NCBI RefSeq assembly: GCF_009834535.1
Contig: NC_045696.1
Coordinates: 42,348,001-42,412,000 of the forward strand
Source of the DNA: Camelus ferus
Lineage: Eukaryota
DNA: 64,000 bases
Reading direction: 5' to 3'
Position numbers and translations under genes: made by a program. Below the pieces are notes generated by a model, which saw nothing but the letters and a program-made list of their open reading frames with translations, did not search any database and was not told where the DNA came from. Each line of letters starts with the position of its first letter. The stretch's first letter is position 1. Shown in pieces: positions 49,232 through 61,824 of the stretch.

Positions 49232-49798
49232 TGTAATGTTAAGCATTGTCAGTGGGACAAAATGCCACTGGAGGGACATTATTAGAATAAGGGGTCTTCT
49301 CTTACAGGGGCCTGGTGTGCTGTGTTTTGTGTTTTCTTGCTAATGCTACATGATGGGTCAGCTATACAGGAGTATGAGGACATCCAATTGGTGCTTTCCC
49401 CAGATTTGTGCCCACCACAGAACCTCCCTCAGTGATCCTGCTGCCTGGGCTTAGACTTGGCGACCGTGTTCTTGGGGTCCTCCAGGTGCAGGTTCTGTAT
49501 AGGTCAAGGTCGAGCCTGTAGAGGTGCCCTGACTCCTCCCCTGTATTCGGCCCCCATCCTCAGCAACCCTGTATCCTGAAAGGTCATTTCTCATGGCTTT
49601 CCCAGCGCAGACACCACACACTCCAGGCTTCTGCCCACAGTGGCACTTTGGTACCCCCTCATACTTACCTTCCCACCAGCCTTGGCTCACCTGTACAACT
49701 AGACGACTGTTTTCTGCTTGCTGGGTGACTGAGAACCAGCTCTGGCCTGGGTAATCTAGAACATCTCTGGACTTTTAATGAACCTCAGAAATTTTACA
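49232..49798. mobile_element. Old ERVL-class LTR-like sequence, family uncertain
   Basis: Higher-GC block bounded by TGTAA...TTACA; atgttaagcattgtcagt...ctggagggaca resembles LTR41/LTR82-type LTRs. Confidence 0.45.
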
Positions 49799-50600
49799 TT
49801 TCATTTCAAATAATTTAATATGTAATATTGTTCTTTCTTTGACTTTTATAATCATTCCCAGACATTGTGTTTCATACCTGTCATATAGTAGGAAAAAAAG
49901 AACTTAATTCTATATGTCTTAATAATTTTAACATAGGACATTTTTAGAACCAAGATTTAAGATCTTATAATGAGAAAACATAAATGCTACTGGTCATCTT
50001 CATTTGAAGTCCTGCTTACTCCTCTTGCATTTTAACAGTAAGCAGATACTGACTGCAGTTGATATCAATAATCAGAATTTATTGATGTGAGATAAATATC
50101 ATCTAAAATAATGTCAAGGTCAATATGTGCTCAAGAGACCACTGATCTTGTACGAAAGCCAAAGGGTCATCAGCATCTCCATTATTGCACCCCATGTATT
50201 ATAAAATTTTCTTTTTTAAAATGTAGTTTTCAGGAAGAAAAAAGTTCATGCTTAAGGTACAGTGAGAAGACTGTTTAGAACCTGTTACCGTTCTGGCCAT
50301 GGAGACTAAGCAATAGTGTAGGTCAGCGGAACTTCACAAATTCTTTCCTGAAACCATTTATCCAGCTTATTTGTATTTTCACGACTGAATTTTTAGGTGG
50401 GATGTGGCTGGAGCTAGTTTGGTGCTGTCATCAGTCATAAAAGGGCTGAAGGAGGAAGTGGAAAGGGGATTAATGGGTTCAAGAATAAAGAGTGCAGAAC
50501 AGAACAGGGAAGAGGAGCAGAGTTGAAAGGAATCATTTAGATTTTCACTTTTAATAGCACTTCGCTATTCTGCATAACTCTGTTATGGATGGTTCTTCTG

Positions 50601-50616
50601 CAGTTAGCCGGGTAAC
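50601..50616. promoter_or_regulatory. RFX X-box-like palindrome overlapping a MYB core
   Basis: GTTAGC-CG-GGTAAC (50603-50616); CAGTTA (50601-50606); about 225 bp upstream of a strong donor. Confidence 0.4.
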
Positions 50617-50769
50617 ATCACAAAGTGGAAATAAGAGACACAAACAACAGATGCTGTCACCAAAACAAATGTATATTTTTCTAATAGAAAAGAAATTGAT
50701 ACACATGAACAAAAATAAGATTTTGATAGCGAGGACAAATTCCTTTTTTGAGACCATGAGCTTACATTA

Positions 50770-50841
50770 AAATAGGACTGACTACTGGTTAGAAATGATC
50801 AAAAACCATCAGCACTAGATCAGTGGCAAAGAAGAAACCGG
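50770..50841 (+). other. Candidate short non-coding first exon (5' end approximate), possibly a SOX6 alternative exon 1
   Basis: Consensus donor CGG|GTAAGT at 50842-50847, no good upstream acceptor, unique sequence with promoter-type motifs, short uORF MIKNHQH*. Confidence 0.4.
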
Positions 50842-51665
50842 GTAAGTTTAGAACAAAAAATTATTGGATCTCTCCTTCTGTCTTCCTACTGAAGTACTGT
50901 TGAACTTACTGAGAACTCCTGGTCCCAAGCATTGGAAAATATGCTTTATTTGATTGGCATGGTACTCTTTCCAAAGTGGGTGATTCTAATTGTGAGTTTC
51001 CTAAAGAGCTGCTAATAAGATACTTAACAGTGGCCTGATCTGTTTGGTAGTAATTAGAAAATCATTAATTCTTTCAACAGATTAATAGTAAAATAATTGT
51101 GAACACAAATATGCTATTTATATGTAGATAGATATCCATCTCTATCTCAACCTCTTTTTCTCTTTATATATATATATTTAGTGTTACCACTGACTAAGGG
51201 ACAAGCCTATGGGGATTATTAAAAATATATGAATAACTCTTAAAGTTCAGTAAGAGAATATATTATCTCAAGAGAATAAAAAAGCAAATACTTTTATAGA
51301 TAATTCATAAAAGAAAAAAAAATAAATTCCAACACATGTATTAAAAAGTTAACTCCAGCAGTGATTAAAGAAATTCTAATTAACATCAATAATGTGATTT
51401 TTAAAGGCCCTTCCTTAAATTTTAAGAATATAAAAAAATTACCTTGTTGGTAAGAATTTCTAGAAAATGGGCTTTTTCATGTAACCTCATAAGTGAAATA
51501 TTTATCAAAGCCTAATAAAACCCAAACGAAAGTATTGATCATGCAATTCTATTTTAAAGAATTTATCCTAAGTAAATATCAAGAAATATATTTTAAGTAC
51601 AAAATGGTTTACTGCAGCACTATGTAAAAGAATAAAAGAACTGAATGCTCTAAATGTCCAACAAT

Positions 51666-52168
51666 TGTTGGGAGAGACAGTCTGCCACGGGACCCAAGCA
51701 TCCATCCCTTCACATCCTTGCAAAGGGTGCCAGACTGCAAGGCTCATGTCTTGTGATACTAAGCAGTTTCTGTAGCTAGTCATATAGGCAACTAAATAGG
51801 TCAATGCAAGGTGACCATAGCCTGACTACCATATATAGGGCACATTCCTCGAGATGAGGGTGACTGGCTTATCTGCTGCTGTCCGCAGTGATTGTCGCTT
51901 GTCATAAAGCCCTGGACCTTTGGCCCTGGGTTTCTCTTCTGTGTGCGCAGGTGTCAGCTGGAACCATGACATACCTTTGTGGGACTTGGGGGCAGGGGGA
52001 ACCAATGCAAATATGCTCATGCTCTCGTTGCCTGTTGTTCTGTGAGTGGTTGTCTTTTTCTCTATCCCAGGAGTCTTATGTCTTCTGCCAGCACCCATGA
52101 AACAACAATAGGCCAACTTGTTAGCTTACAAGTAGGGTGAAATCTCAGACCCTCCCTGGTTCTTGACA
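51666..52168 (+). mobile_element. LTR40-like ERVL solo LTR
   Basis: tgttgggagagaca...aacttgttagcttacaagtagggtgaaatctcagaccc...gttcttgaca. Confidence 0.85.
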
Positions 52169-52217
52169 CAACAGGGATTTTGTTAGTATATTCTGGTATG
52201 TGAATGGGATAGAGTTT

Positions 52218-52591
52218 TGTCTTAGCCCAGGCTGCAATAACAAAACATCAAAGACTGGATAACTTAAACAAAAAACTTACTTGTCACAGTTTTGGAGGCT
52301 GAGAAATCCAATCTTGATCCAAGATCAAGGTGCCAGCAGATTCAGTGTCTGGTCAGGTCCTCCTTCCTGGTGTGTAGACTGCTGCCTTCTTGCTGTATCC
52401 TCATGTGGAGGGGAGGGGTCTCTAGTCTCTTTCTCCTGGAAGGGCACTAATCCCATGGGATCTCCACCCTCATGACCTCATCTAAGCCTAATTACCTCCC
52501 AAAGGTCACACCTTTGAATATCATCACACTGGGGATTAGATCTACAACATAGGAATTTTGGTGGTAGAAACAAACATTTAGTCCATAACCA
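52218..52591 (-). mobile_element. MLT1A-like MaLR solo LTR
   Basis: ttttggaggctgagaa..ccaagatcaaggtgccagcagattc...ctcatgacctcatctaagcctaattacctcccaaagg. Confidence 0.85.
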
Positions 52592-52806
52592 GTCCTAAGC
52601 TGCCATTAAAAGTTATATTCTCAAAAAAATTATCAGTGCATGAAAGTTCTCATGACATATTGATTAGAGAATAAATAAATTATAAAACAGTACAGTTTGA
52701 TATATTTTTAAAAGAGTATATACATGCTCAGGGAAAATTCTACAAGTGTATATATGAAAAGATAAGTCTAAGTTCATCCTGGAAATGATTGCATCATTTC
52801 TTAGTT

Positions 52807-52992
52807 CAGTGGTTCTCAAACTTTAGTATCTCTCAGAATCACATGTGGGGCTGTTAAAATACAGCAATGTTCAGTGACACCCCTACAGATTCTGATTCGG
52901 TAGGTCTGGGGTGGGATCCCCAAATTTGCATTTCTAACAAATTCCTGGGTGATTTTACTGCTGCTTGTTTGGGAAGCACACTGAGAACCATT
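52807..52992 (+). mobile_element. MER5A MITE, near full length
   Basis: cagtggttctcaaactt...ttctgattcggtaggtctggggtggg...tgcatttctaacaa...tgagaaccat. Confidence 0.9.
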
Positions 52993-53004
52993 CCCTTGGT
53001 CTAT

Positions 53005-53500
53005 GTGGCAGTTTAGTGCAGTACTTATAGGCATGGACTCTGGAGCCAGCTTCCCTGGGTTTACAGTTGATTCTGCCACTCTCTAGTTGTGTGCCTGTAA
53101 GCAAGTTTTAAAACTCTTTGTGCCTCATTTTCTCATGTGGAAAATAGAGATAATAGTAGTTAACTCATAGCATTAAATTATAAAAACTTTAGCACAATGC
53201 CTCTGATATTATAAGTGCTCTCATTATGTTTTAGCTTGTCTAGAAAGTATAAGTATGTTAATAGCAAGAGTTTCATTATTGGCCCCTACCAAGTTCTTTG
53301 TGTTACAACTGTACACCACGGTAGTGAAAGAAGTATGAGATTTTACAATCAGGCAAACTGTGTTTATTGTCACCTACTGGCTTTAGTTTCCTCATCTATA
53401 AAATGGGGAGAGTAATTTCTCTCCTGCATTATTTCTGAAAAGATTAAATGCAATCACATATATAACATACCTGCCAAGTAACCTAAGTCAATTAATATTA
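53005..53500 (+). mobile_element. Two MIR SINE copies
   Basis: ggactctggagccagc...tgtgcctcattttctcatgtggaaaatag; agtttcctcatctataaaatgggg. Confidence 0.75.
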
Positions 53501-55031
53501 ATCCTCCTACTTCCCACACCCCTTCTGACTAAATACCACTCATTTAACTAATAAAAATTAATGACTGGTTATTAAATTCTTCTTCTTATTGTTTTAGGCT
53601 TCAGGAATACACCATTTCACAGGACCATTTCATAGGGATCTCTTAAGGCTTACATTATATTGGGGGGAAATTTTAGACTTAGGACTAAGAAGCATTATCA
53701 GGAGTGAGTTAAGTCTGATTTTCCTGCTATTCTTCTACTAATTTAAAATTTAGTATTGAGCAAATCATTTATCTGTGGCTCACTAGTGAAATGAGATGAT
53801 TGGGCAACATATTTCTAAGATCGTTTAAACTCTTAACGTTCTATCTGAATGTTAGACTTCATTTAGTCATTCGGGGCATTCTATTTCTCCATGCTGTAGT
53901 TTCCCTATATTCACAGCAGGCCCAACAAAAGTTAATCCTAAAAAGAGTTTAAAGACTTTTGAGATAGTCATCTTCTAAATGCTTTTAGTTAGAATAGGGA
54001 GAGAGAATGACTTTTCCACTTTTAAATATGAAAATGAGTTAATTCTGTAAAACTTTATACTATGGCTGTTACAAACTATTCAATTGTTTGCACTTACTCA
54101 TTTCAGTGTAACTGAAGTCATAGCAAAGTTGAACAAGATAGATCATCCTTATGAAAAGAATTTAAAAAATCAGAGACTGTGAAGAGTGTCATGTACCTGG
54201 TGGTTTGAGGTGTGAGGTGGAGTGTTCTACCTTTGTGCTCCAGGTCACTGATGGTTGAGAAGTACTTTAATCATGTTTTTGATGGAAAATAACAAAGAAT
54301 GGAAGTGTGTTACATGTGTATAGAGATTATGATGCAGAATTCATTAAAGAAAGGGTATCTTTTGGGAGAAGAATTATTGTAAATGTCAGGGGTCTTGAAA
54401 AGGGATCATAAAAGATCTTACGTCTTTTTTTTTAACTTAATAATTTTATTTTATTTAAGATCTTGCTTCTTAATAAAAGAGAAACTATCTTGACAATTTT
54501 CTGATACAATACTTTCCTGAACTTATATTTTGGAAAATGAAAACAGAGATAAAATTATTTACTTGCATACTTACTTTGATTTAACTGAGAATATTTGGTT
54601 AGGTTTTCACGCACCAAAGTGAATTGAGAGTGAGAATTTCAAATGAATTTTGGATGTATAAAAAATGGGTTCCTGAGGAGAAAAGAGTTCATTTTGAAAA
54701 CATCTAAAAGGAAGAAGTCTTCAAACTTCCAAAATATGGATATTTGGCATCACGTTTGGACTTACTAAGAATATTTTTTTCTGAGTAGAATGTTAAAACT
54801 TTAGGAAAATAATGAAAATGCTATTAAGTTTAAATAGTTAAATTTGACTCAGAGGCCAGGAAGTGAATTCATTTTTACAAAAGTAGCTTAATGTTGAGAT
54901 CTTATATTAAACATACTTTCATATTTGATTAGTTTTTTCAAGGTACCAAAAATATTTCTTAATTTTGAGAACCAAATATTTTGACATAGTTTAGAGGTGC
55001 ATGTTATCACATCAGTGTGTACTAAGACAAC

Positions 55032-56292
55032 TTTTTTGTTTATTTATTATAGCTTCATTGTGGTATAGTTAACATGCAATAAACTGAACATGTTTAATAT
55101 ATTCAGTTTGATAAGTTATGACGCATGTATGCATATATATATCTGGCCATTAAAATATTACCAGAATCAATATAATTAACATTATATCATACCTCAGAGT
55201 TTTTTTGTGTCTCTTGGTTATCTCCCCTTTCCACATTTCTTGACTCTCCTTCCTTCCCCCACTATTCTTTAGGCACCATTGATAGGTTCTCTGTCCTTAT
55301 GGGTTATTTTGCATTTTTTAGAATTTTATATAAATAAATCATACAGTATGTACTCTTTTTTTTTTTTTTTTGCCTGAATTCTTTTATTCCACTGGACTAT
55401 TTTAAGATTCATTCATTGTTTTGCCTGTCTCAATAGTCCATTTCTTTATTTTGCTGAGTAGTAATTCATTGTATGGATATGTTAAATTTGTTCATCCATT
55501 CAACATTTAGTTTGCTTAAAGTTTTGGCTATTACAAATAAAGCTTCTATGAACATTCCACTCCACCTAAAAAGATGAAATACTTGCATATAAATCTAACA
55601 AAATATATATAAGATCTATATGAAGAAAACTATAAAACTCTGATGAAAGAAATCAAAGAAGAACTAAATAAATGGACAGATATTCTATGTTCATTGACAG
55701 GAAGACTGATACTCTGAAGATCTTTTCTTTCCAACTCAATCTATAGAGTCAACACAATCTTAATCATACTCCCAGCAAGTTTATTTTCTATGGCTATCAA
55801 CAAACTGATTCTTAAGTTAAATGGAGAAGTAAAAGACCCAGAATAGCCAACACAGTACTGAAGAAAAACAGGCTTAGAGGACTGACACTACCAGACATCA
55901 AGACTTACTATAAAGCTATGGTAACCTTGACAATATGGTAATGGCAAAAGAATAAACAAAAAAAGAGAAATAAGGAGCCCAGAGATAAACCTGCATAAAT
56001 ATAATCAACTGATTTTTGACAAAGCAACAAAAGCAATACAATGGGGCAAAGGCAGTCTCTTCAACAAGTGGTGGGGGAAAAACTGGACATCCACGTGCAA
56101 AAAAAAACCCAAACAAACCTTGACCCAGACTTTACAATCTTTACAAAAATTTACTTTAAATGAATTATAGGCCTAAATATAAAATGTAAAACAATAGAAC
56201 TCCTAGAAGATAATGTGAGAAAATGACGTCTAGATGACGTTGGGTATGGCAACAACTTTTTAGACACAGCACCAGGTATAGTCCATGAAAAG
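55032..56292 (-). mobile_element. L1MC-like 3' end (minus, 55032-55560) abutting an oppositely oriented ORF2 segment (plus, 55561-56292)
   Basis: tttggctattacaaataaagcttctatgaacatt then gaagaaaactataaaactctgatgaaagaaatcaaagaagaactaaataaatgg. Confidence 0.8.
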
Positions 56293-56549
56293 GGAGAGAT
56301 CAGATGAAAAGAAAATAAACACAATATACACAGGCTCTGTTTTATTTATCATACTTATAATGATCCTATAATTAACAACAACCCCTTAAATATTCATTTG
56401 ATAAGAAAGAAGACTGTAGTATAAACAGGTAAAACAATTGCACAATCTCAGTAGGTAGGAAGCAGAAGAGAAGGGCTTTTAATTTTTGGTGATCTGGTGC
56501 CAAATCCCTTGTTTTCATCACTAGACCAGTGTGCTTCCTTATGAAGCAT

Positions 56550-57045
56550 GAACAGTGGCAGTGGCTGGCTGCAGAGCTAGGAGTTCTGGCAGAGCTAGGA
56601 GTAGTAGGTCTGCAGACCACTTAACAAAAAAGAAAACTAACATTTGAAATCTAAAATGCCCAGCTTCTGTCAAATAAGAACTTTCTAAGCCTTGTTTCCT
56701 TTGCCTTCTCCTGTTGCATGTTAGAGAGACTAGGCTAGTGGAACAGGATGAGGAAGTAGAAAAGCAAGGTGGGGAAATACTCAGCTCTGCCTCTAATGTG
56801 GCTGTTAGTTGGAAGGAAGGGAGAAATCTGAATGAGAGGCTGAAAATTATGTTATTATATTGGATAGAATTTTTTGTTGCCTAGAAGCTACTGGAAAAGC
56901 TGTAGATTTTAGCAAAGTTACCATGTAGAGGTGAAGAAGATCAAGTTAAAAGTCAGTGGTAGAAAAAAAGTAAATTTGTCCTACTTTTTCTGAGTTTAGC
57001 TTCTTCAATAAACTGCTGCATTCATACACATTATTTTGTGTTACA
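56550..57045 (+). mobile_element. MamGypLTR-like ancient Gypsy LTR fragment
   Basis: ggaaggaagggagaaatctgaatgagagg...agtcagtggtagaaaaaaag...ctgagtttagcttcttcaataaac. Confidence 0.45.
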
Positions 57046-57146
57046 GAAATCTGGAAAATTATAATGTATCTTCAAAAGACTCAGAAATTCAGTTTAATTT
57101 GGATAAGAATACAAATTATTTCACAATGAAGAAAAAAAAATCTAAG

Positions 57147-57288
57147 TGGGGAGTGTATAGCTCAGTGGTAGAGCGCATGCTTAGCATGCATGAGGTCCTG
57201 GGTTCAATCCCCAGTACCTCCACTGAAAAAAAATAATTAAAATAACTAAACAATACCTCCCGCCTACTAAAAAAAAAATTAAAAAAAT
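57147..57288 (+). mobile_element. tRNA-Ala-derived camelid SINE (Vic-1 type)
   Basis: ggggagtgtatagctcagtggtagagcgcatgcttagcatgcatgaggtcctgggttcaatccccagtacctcca, A-rich tail, exact 13-bp TSD AAAAAAATCTAAG (57134-57146 and 57289-57301). Confidence 0.92.
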
Positions 57289-57642
57289 AAAAAAATCTAA
57301 GATTGCAGCCTCCTCTAGTTCTGGATGTCCCTGCTAATTCCTGACTGCTCTTTTGTGCACTTTACTCAGAATGTCTCACTTTTGGTGGGAGCTTCTTTCC
57401 TGATTGCTATCTGTGTAATGCCTTTATTTTGTGTTTTCTAGTCTGTTCTGTGATTTTATGGAGGATCAAGTAAATGTAATTAATGTAAAGAATACATTTA
57501 GAGAGTTGAGGTCAACTATTTCTCCCTTCCTTAAATTCTCCCTTTATAAAAATGTATTTGATAATGTTTCAACTTTTCTCCTTATATTGCTTTCATAGCT
57601 AACATCTGGATAACAAACACATTGATTGCTTTTCTCTAAAAT

Positions 57643-57855
57643 TTCACTGTCCAACAGAATTTGTGCCGTCATGGAAAGGTTCTGTATTTGTGCCCTCTGA
57701 TGTGGTCACTATTTGCCCCATATGGTATGGAGCACTAAAATATGGCCTGTGTGACTGAGGAACTAAGTATTTAATTTAAATTTAATTTTAAACTGTATAT
57801 AATTTAAGTTTAAATAGTTATATATGGCTAGTGGCTACCATGTTGGATAATACAG
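57643..57855 (+). mobile_element. MER3-like hAT-Charlie MITE
   Basis: ctgtccaacagaa...tgtgactgaggaact...tttaaatagttatatatggctagtggctaccatgttggataatacag. Confidence 0.85.
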
Positions 57856-59084
57856 TTCTAAAAAATGCATTTTTAAAATTGAATACATCTCTGGCTCTCA
57901 CAAAACCCTTCTGAGACTTCACATTTTATTGCACTTAAATTCATTTTAAAGAATATTTCAAGATTAGACTTCTTTCTTTCTATTTCTTAAGGGTAAACAG
58001 ATAAGCAAGCCTCAGCTTAGGGAAGAAATGCTTTTGTAAAAAAGCTCAATATTTCAGGCCAAAGTGTCCATTTGTCTTCAGTAATATCTGGCTTTGAAAT
58101 GTTGCTGCTGTTAGCACTAAATGAAGCTTCAATTTCCATGCTTCGGAGATGGTGTTGATGAACATTAGCAGTGCGTGTGTGGTGCACACAGCATTAAGCA
58201 AACGGCCACATGCGATGAGGTCTGTGCTTAACAATCCTGCCTCAGGATCCCTGCAGATTCCTTGAGCATCATTTTAAAGACACTATTGTCTGTTTTAAGG
58301 CAGGAACAGATGCATTTTTCCATATACGACAATCAGCAAAGTTCAGGAGATGTAAGGGCAGACTCTTCATATTTCTTTCACGGTGTTGAGTACATTGCTA
58401 GTACTTAAACCAGATTTCTTAATGGCTAGCATCTCTCTCTTTTTTTTTTTTTTAAATCATTTCTATTTTGGCTGTTTGAGATCAGGAACTATTGAGTGTT
58501 CTTGTGAATGAATTTCTTCCATTGCTTACAATCCTTTTTAACACAGTGCTTAAAAGTATACCAGTATTTCTATTTTAAAACCTAATTTTCAGAAGTTTCT
58601 ATCTTCATGAAGAAAACAGTTTTTTTTCTTCTTACTCCTTTGAAAACAAGACAATGATTTTAAATTTAGATAAATTATTTGGCTTACAGTACTGTCTTTC
58701 TTTTGGAAGTAGTATGTATCTTGTACCATGGATGAAAGTATGAGAAAAAGATGTCTGTGTGTACATATACAACTTTTTATATATGTTGCACAACACACAC
58801 CCCCACAGAACACACAAATCAATCCTACCCAGTATGTGGAAGTAACAGCCCTATTGGAGTGCATCTGTGTATTTTTATGCATGTGTAAATATGTAAGGCA
58901 GACTTGTGGTTTTATTTTATAGATGACATAAAATTGGGCAAAACACTTTAGATGGCAGAAAACTGAACCTCACTAAAATTTGTTCAGTCTTAATATGTAT
59001 TTTCTTTGAAGTCATATACTTAAACTCTCCATACAGTGCCAAAGCCTCCTTGACAATAGGTGCCATGGGCTGGATTTAATCTGT

Positions 59085-59230
59085 CTCAGGGGACATTTCC
59101 AGTGATAGGGAGCTCACTTCACAGGTAGCCTGTCTATCGTCAGCTAGCTATTGTTTTTAGAAAAATGTCAATATAAGACTTAGGTCTCCCTCCTTATATT
59201 ATCTATCTACTGGTTCTATTTCTGACCATT
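59085..59230 (-). mobile_element. L3/CR1 LINE fragment
   Basis: acatttccagtgatagggagctcacttc...ctattgtttttagaaaa...ctactggttcta. Confidence 0.55.
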
Positions 59231-61139
59231 TTAATAAGCATATTAAAAATACATAGGGTGAAAAATCTGTATCCATATGGAAGGACAAACAAATCTCAAG
59301 CAAATGATAATTTGTAGGAAGCTCTAGAATTCTTAGTGACTAAAATGTCAGTAGACAATACAAAATAAGGTTATACCTTGCACTAAGTAAAATTCCATTT
59401 ATAAAAATCTGAGTTTGCAACATGGATAAAATGGAGGATGTTTATCAGATTTTCATAGTAACTTTTCCAACTATTATATGTGGATTCATTATAGCATTTT
59501 TTCTAAATAATGAGTTGTTTTAGTACACTAAAATGTAAATCAATTTATAAAAACAATTCATGCTCAATTTTCCTTATCTTAAAATGATTAATTTACTTTA
59601 TATTAAAAGCCAGCTTGCTGATGTCTATAAAGTACTATCAAATGTTCTCTATTGGAGGTCAGTAAGAAAGAATGACTTCTTATGCTGTGTTGAAACTTAA
59701 AGAGAGCTTTTCCGAAAGACACTCTTAATTAAAGGCATGCAATGACACCTTACATCTGTATCAAAAATTGATGTTTTAAAAACTATACCAAAATCATTTA
59801 TACACAATGGTTTGACTATGACTCTTTATTTTCATTCTTTAAAAATTCATGGAGATACTATTTATCTTAAAGATCCAGAAAATATGTGAATGAGCAAATA
59901 CAATGACACCATTGACTTAAATTACATATGCATTTCTTTTTAATAGTGCTTCCTGCTAGGAGGGAATTTGTGTACAATTTTGCGTAAAAATTGTACTACA
60001 CATTAAGAAACTATTGTAACTAATAATCAAGTTTTTCAAGGTTAAGAATATAAGATCAATATACAAAAATCGATTGTCTTTCAATAGAATGACAATGAAC
60101 AAACCAAAAATGAAATTAAGGAAACAAATCCATTTACAATAGTATCAAAAAGAATAAAACACTTAGGAATTAATGTAGCAAAAGGACTGCAGAATTTATA
60201 CACTGAAAACTATAAAATATTGTTCAAAAATTTAAAAAATCTAAATAAATGCAAAGAAAGGTATATTCCATTGTATGGAAATACCACATTTATTTATCCA
60301 TTCATAAATTGATAGATATTTGGTTGTTTACACTTCTTGGTATTATATATGATGCTGCTATGAACAGGTGTGTATAAGTTTGTGTGGCATGTGTTTTAAT
60401 TTATTTTGGGTATTTGCAATAGTTTATTTTCAGAAAACATGTTTAGTTTAACACAGAAAACCAACCAGTGTAATATATCACATTAGCAGCAGAAAAAAAG
60501 AGAAGAGAAAAAATATTTCAATATGTGTAGAAAAATTTTTTGACAATATCCAACACCAAGTCATCATAACAACACTCAGATAAGTAGGAGTGAAATGAAA
60601 CTTTCTTAATTTTATAAAGATTAAGATAATCTGTGAAAAAAGCTACACCTTACAGCCATACTTACTGGCAAAATCTTGAATGCTTTTCCCTAAAATCAGA
60701 AACAAGGCAAGGATGCCCACTCTCTTGCAATAAAGAAATAAAAGAAGTAAAACAAAATTAGATTAGAAGGAAAGTAGTAAAGTTATTTTAAGATGACATC
60801 ATGTATGTAAAAATTCCTAATGTATCTACAGAACAACTGCTAGAACTAATACATTAATTTATGCAGGTCTCAGGATGAAGTGCAGCATGCAAATTCTGTT
60901 GTATTTCTATACATTAGCAACAAACAATGGGAAAATAAAATTTAAAAATGCCATTTATAATAGCATCAATTTATATAAAATACTTAAGAAAAATTTAACA
61001 AAATATATGAATGTCCATGAAAGCCAAATCCAAGGTATTGCTGTGAGAAATTAAAGAAAATCTTAATACCAGAGTGATAGACCCCATAGCAGCAGGGCTT
61101 TTTTTTTCCTTTCCTTTGTAGAAATGGGTGTGATACTAA

Positions 61140-61598
61140 TTTTTTTAAATTGAAGTTTTGTTGATTTACAATATTGTGTTAGTTTCAGGCATACAGCAAA
61201 GTGATTCAGTTGTAGATATAAATATACATATATTCAGATTCATTTTCATTATAGATTATTACAAGATATTAGATACAGTTCCCTGTGCTTTATAGTAAAT
61301 TCTTGTTGTTTATTTAATTTATACATAGTGGTGTGTATCTGTTAATCCCATACTCCTAATTTATCCCTCCCTTGTCCCCTTTCCTCTTGGTAACTATAAG
61401 TTTGTTTTCTATGTCTGTGAGTTTGTTTCTGTTTTGTAAATAAGTTCACTTGTATTATTTTATAGATTTAACATATAAATGATATCATATAATACTTGTC
61501 TTTCTCTGTCTGACTTCACTTAGTATGATAATGTCTAGGACCACCCATGATGCTACAAATGCCAATATTTCATTCTTTTTATGGCTGAGTAATATTTC

Positions 61599-61635
<37 letters not shown>

Positions 61636-61824
61636 ACCACATCTTCTTTATCCATTCATCTATTGATGAATACTTAGGTTGCTTCATGTCTTGGGTGTTG
61701 TAAATAGTGCTGCTATGAATGTTCGGGTGCATATATCTTTTTGAATTAGGGTTTTCAACTTTTCTGGATATATGCCCAGGAGTGGGATTGCTGATCATAT
61801 GGTAACTATGTTTTTAGTTTTTTA
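61140..61824 (-). mobile_element. Younger cetartiodactyl-type L1 3' end, 5' truncated
   Basis: ttttttaaattgaagttttgttgatttacaatattgtgttagtttcagg...tatgcccaggagtgggattgctg; same 3'UTR type as the 34184-34487 insert. Confidence 0.9.
61601..61634. repeat. (TG)17 microsatellite
   Basis: Perfect dinucleotide run inside the L1 3'UTR. Confidence 0.98.

Larger units (their letters stand above)
51240..52790 (+). mobile_element. Ancient L1ME 3' region hosting two LTRs
   Basis: gcaattctattttaaagaatttatcctaag...taaatgtccaacaat [LTR40] agggattttgttagtata [MLT1A] ctgccattaaaa. Confidence 0.55.

Noticed and set aside
49661..49670. U1 snRNA 5' end (ATACTTACCT)
   Set aside because: The match ends after 10 nt with no U1 body; better read as an antisense splice donor
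56571..56602. 18-bp tandem duplication gcagagctaggagt(tctg)
   Set aside because: Two units only, an ordinary slippage event in old LTR-like sequence
57148..57222. Bona fide tRNA-Ala gene
   Set aside because: A-rich tail, exact TSD and no immediate Pol III T-run indicate a SINE
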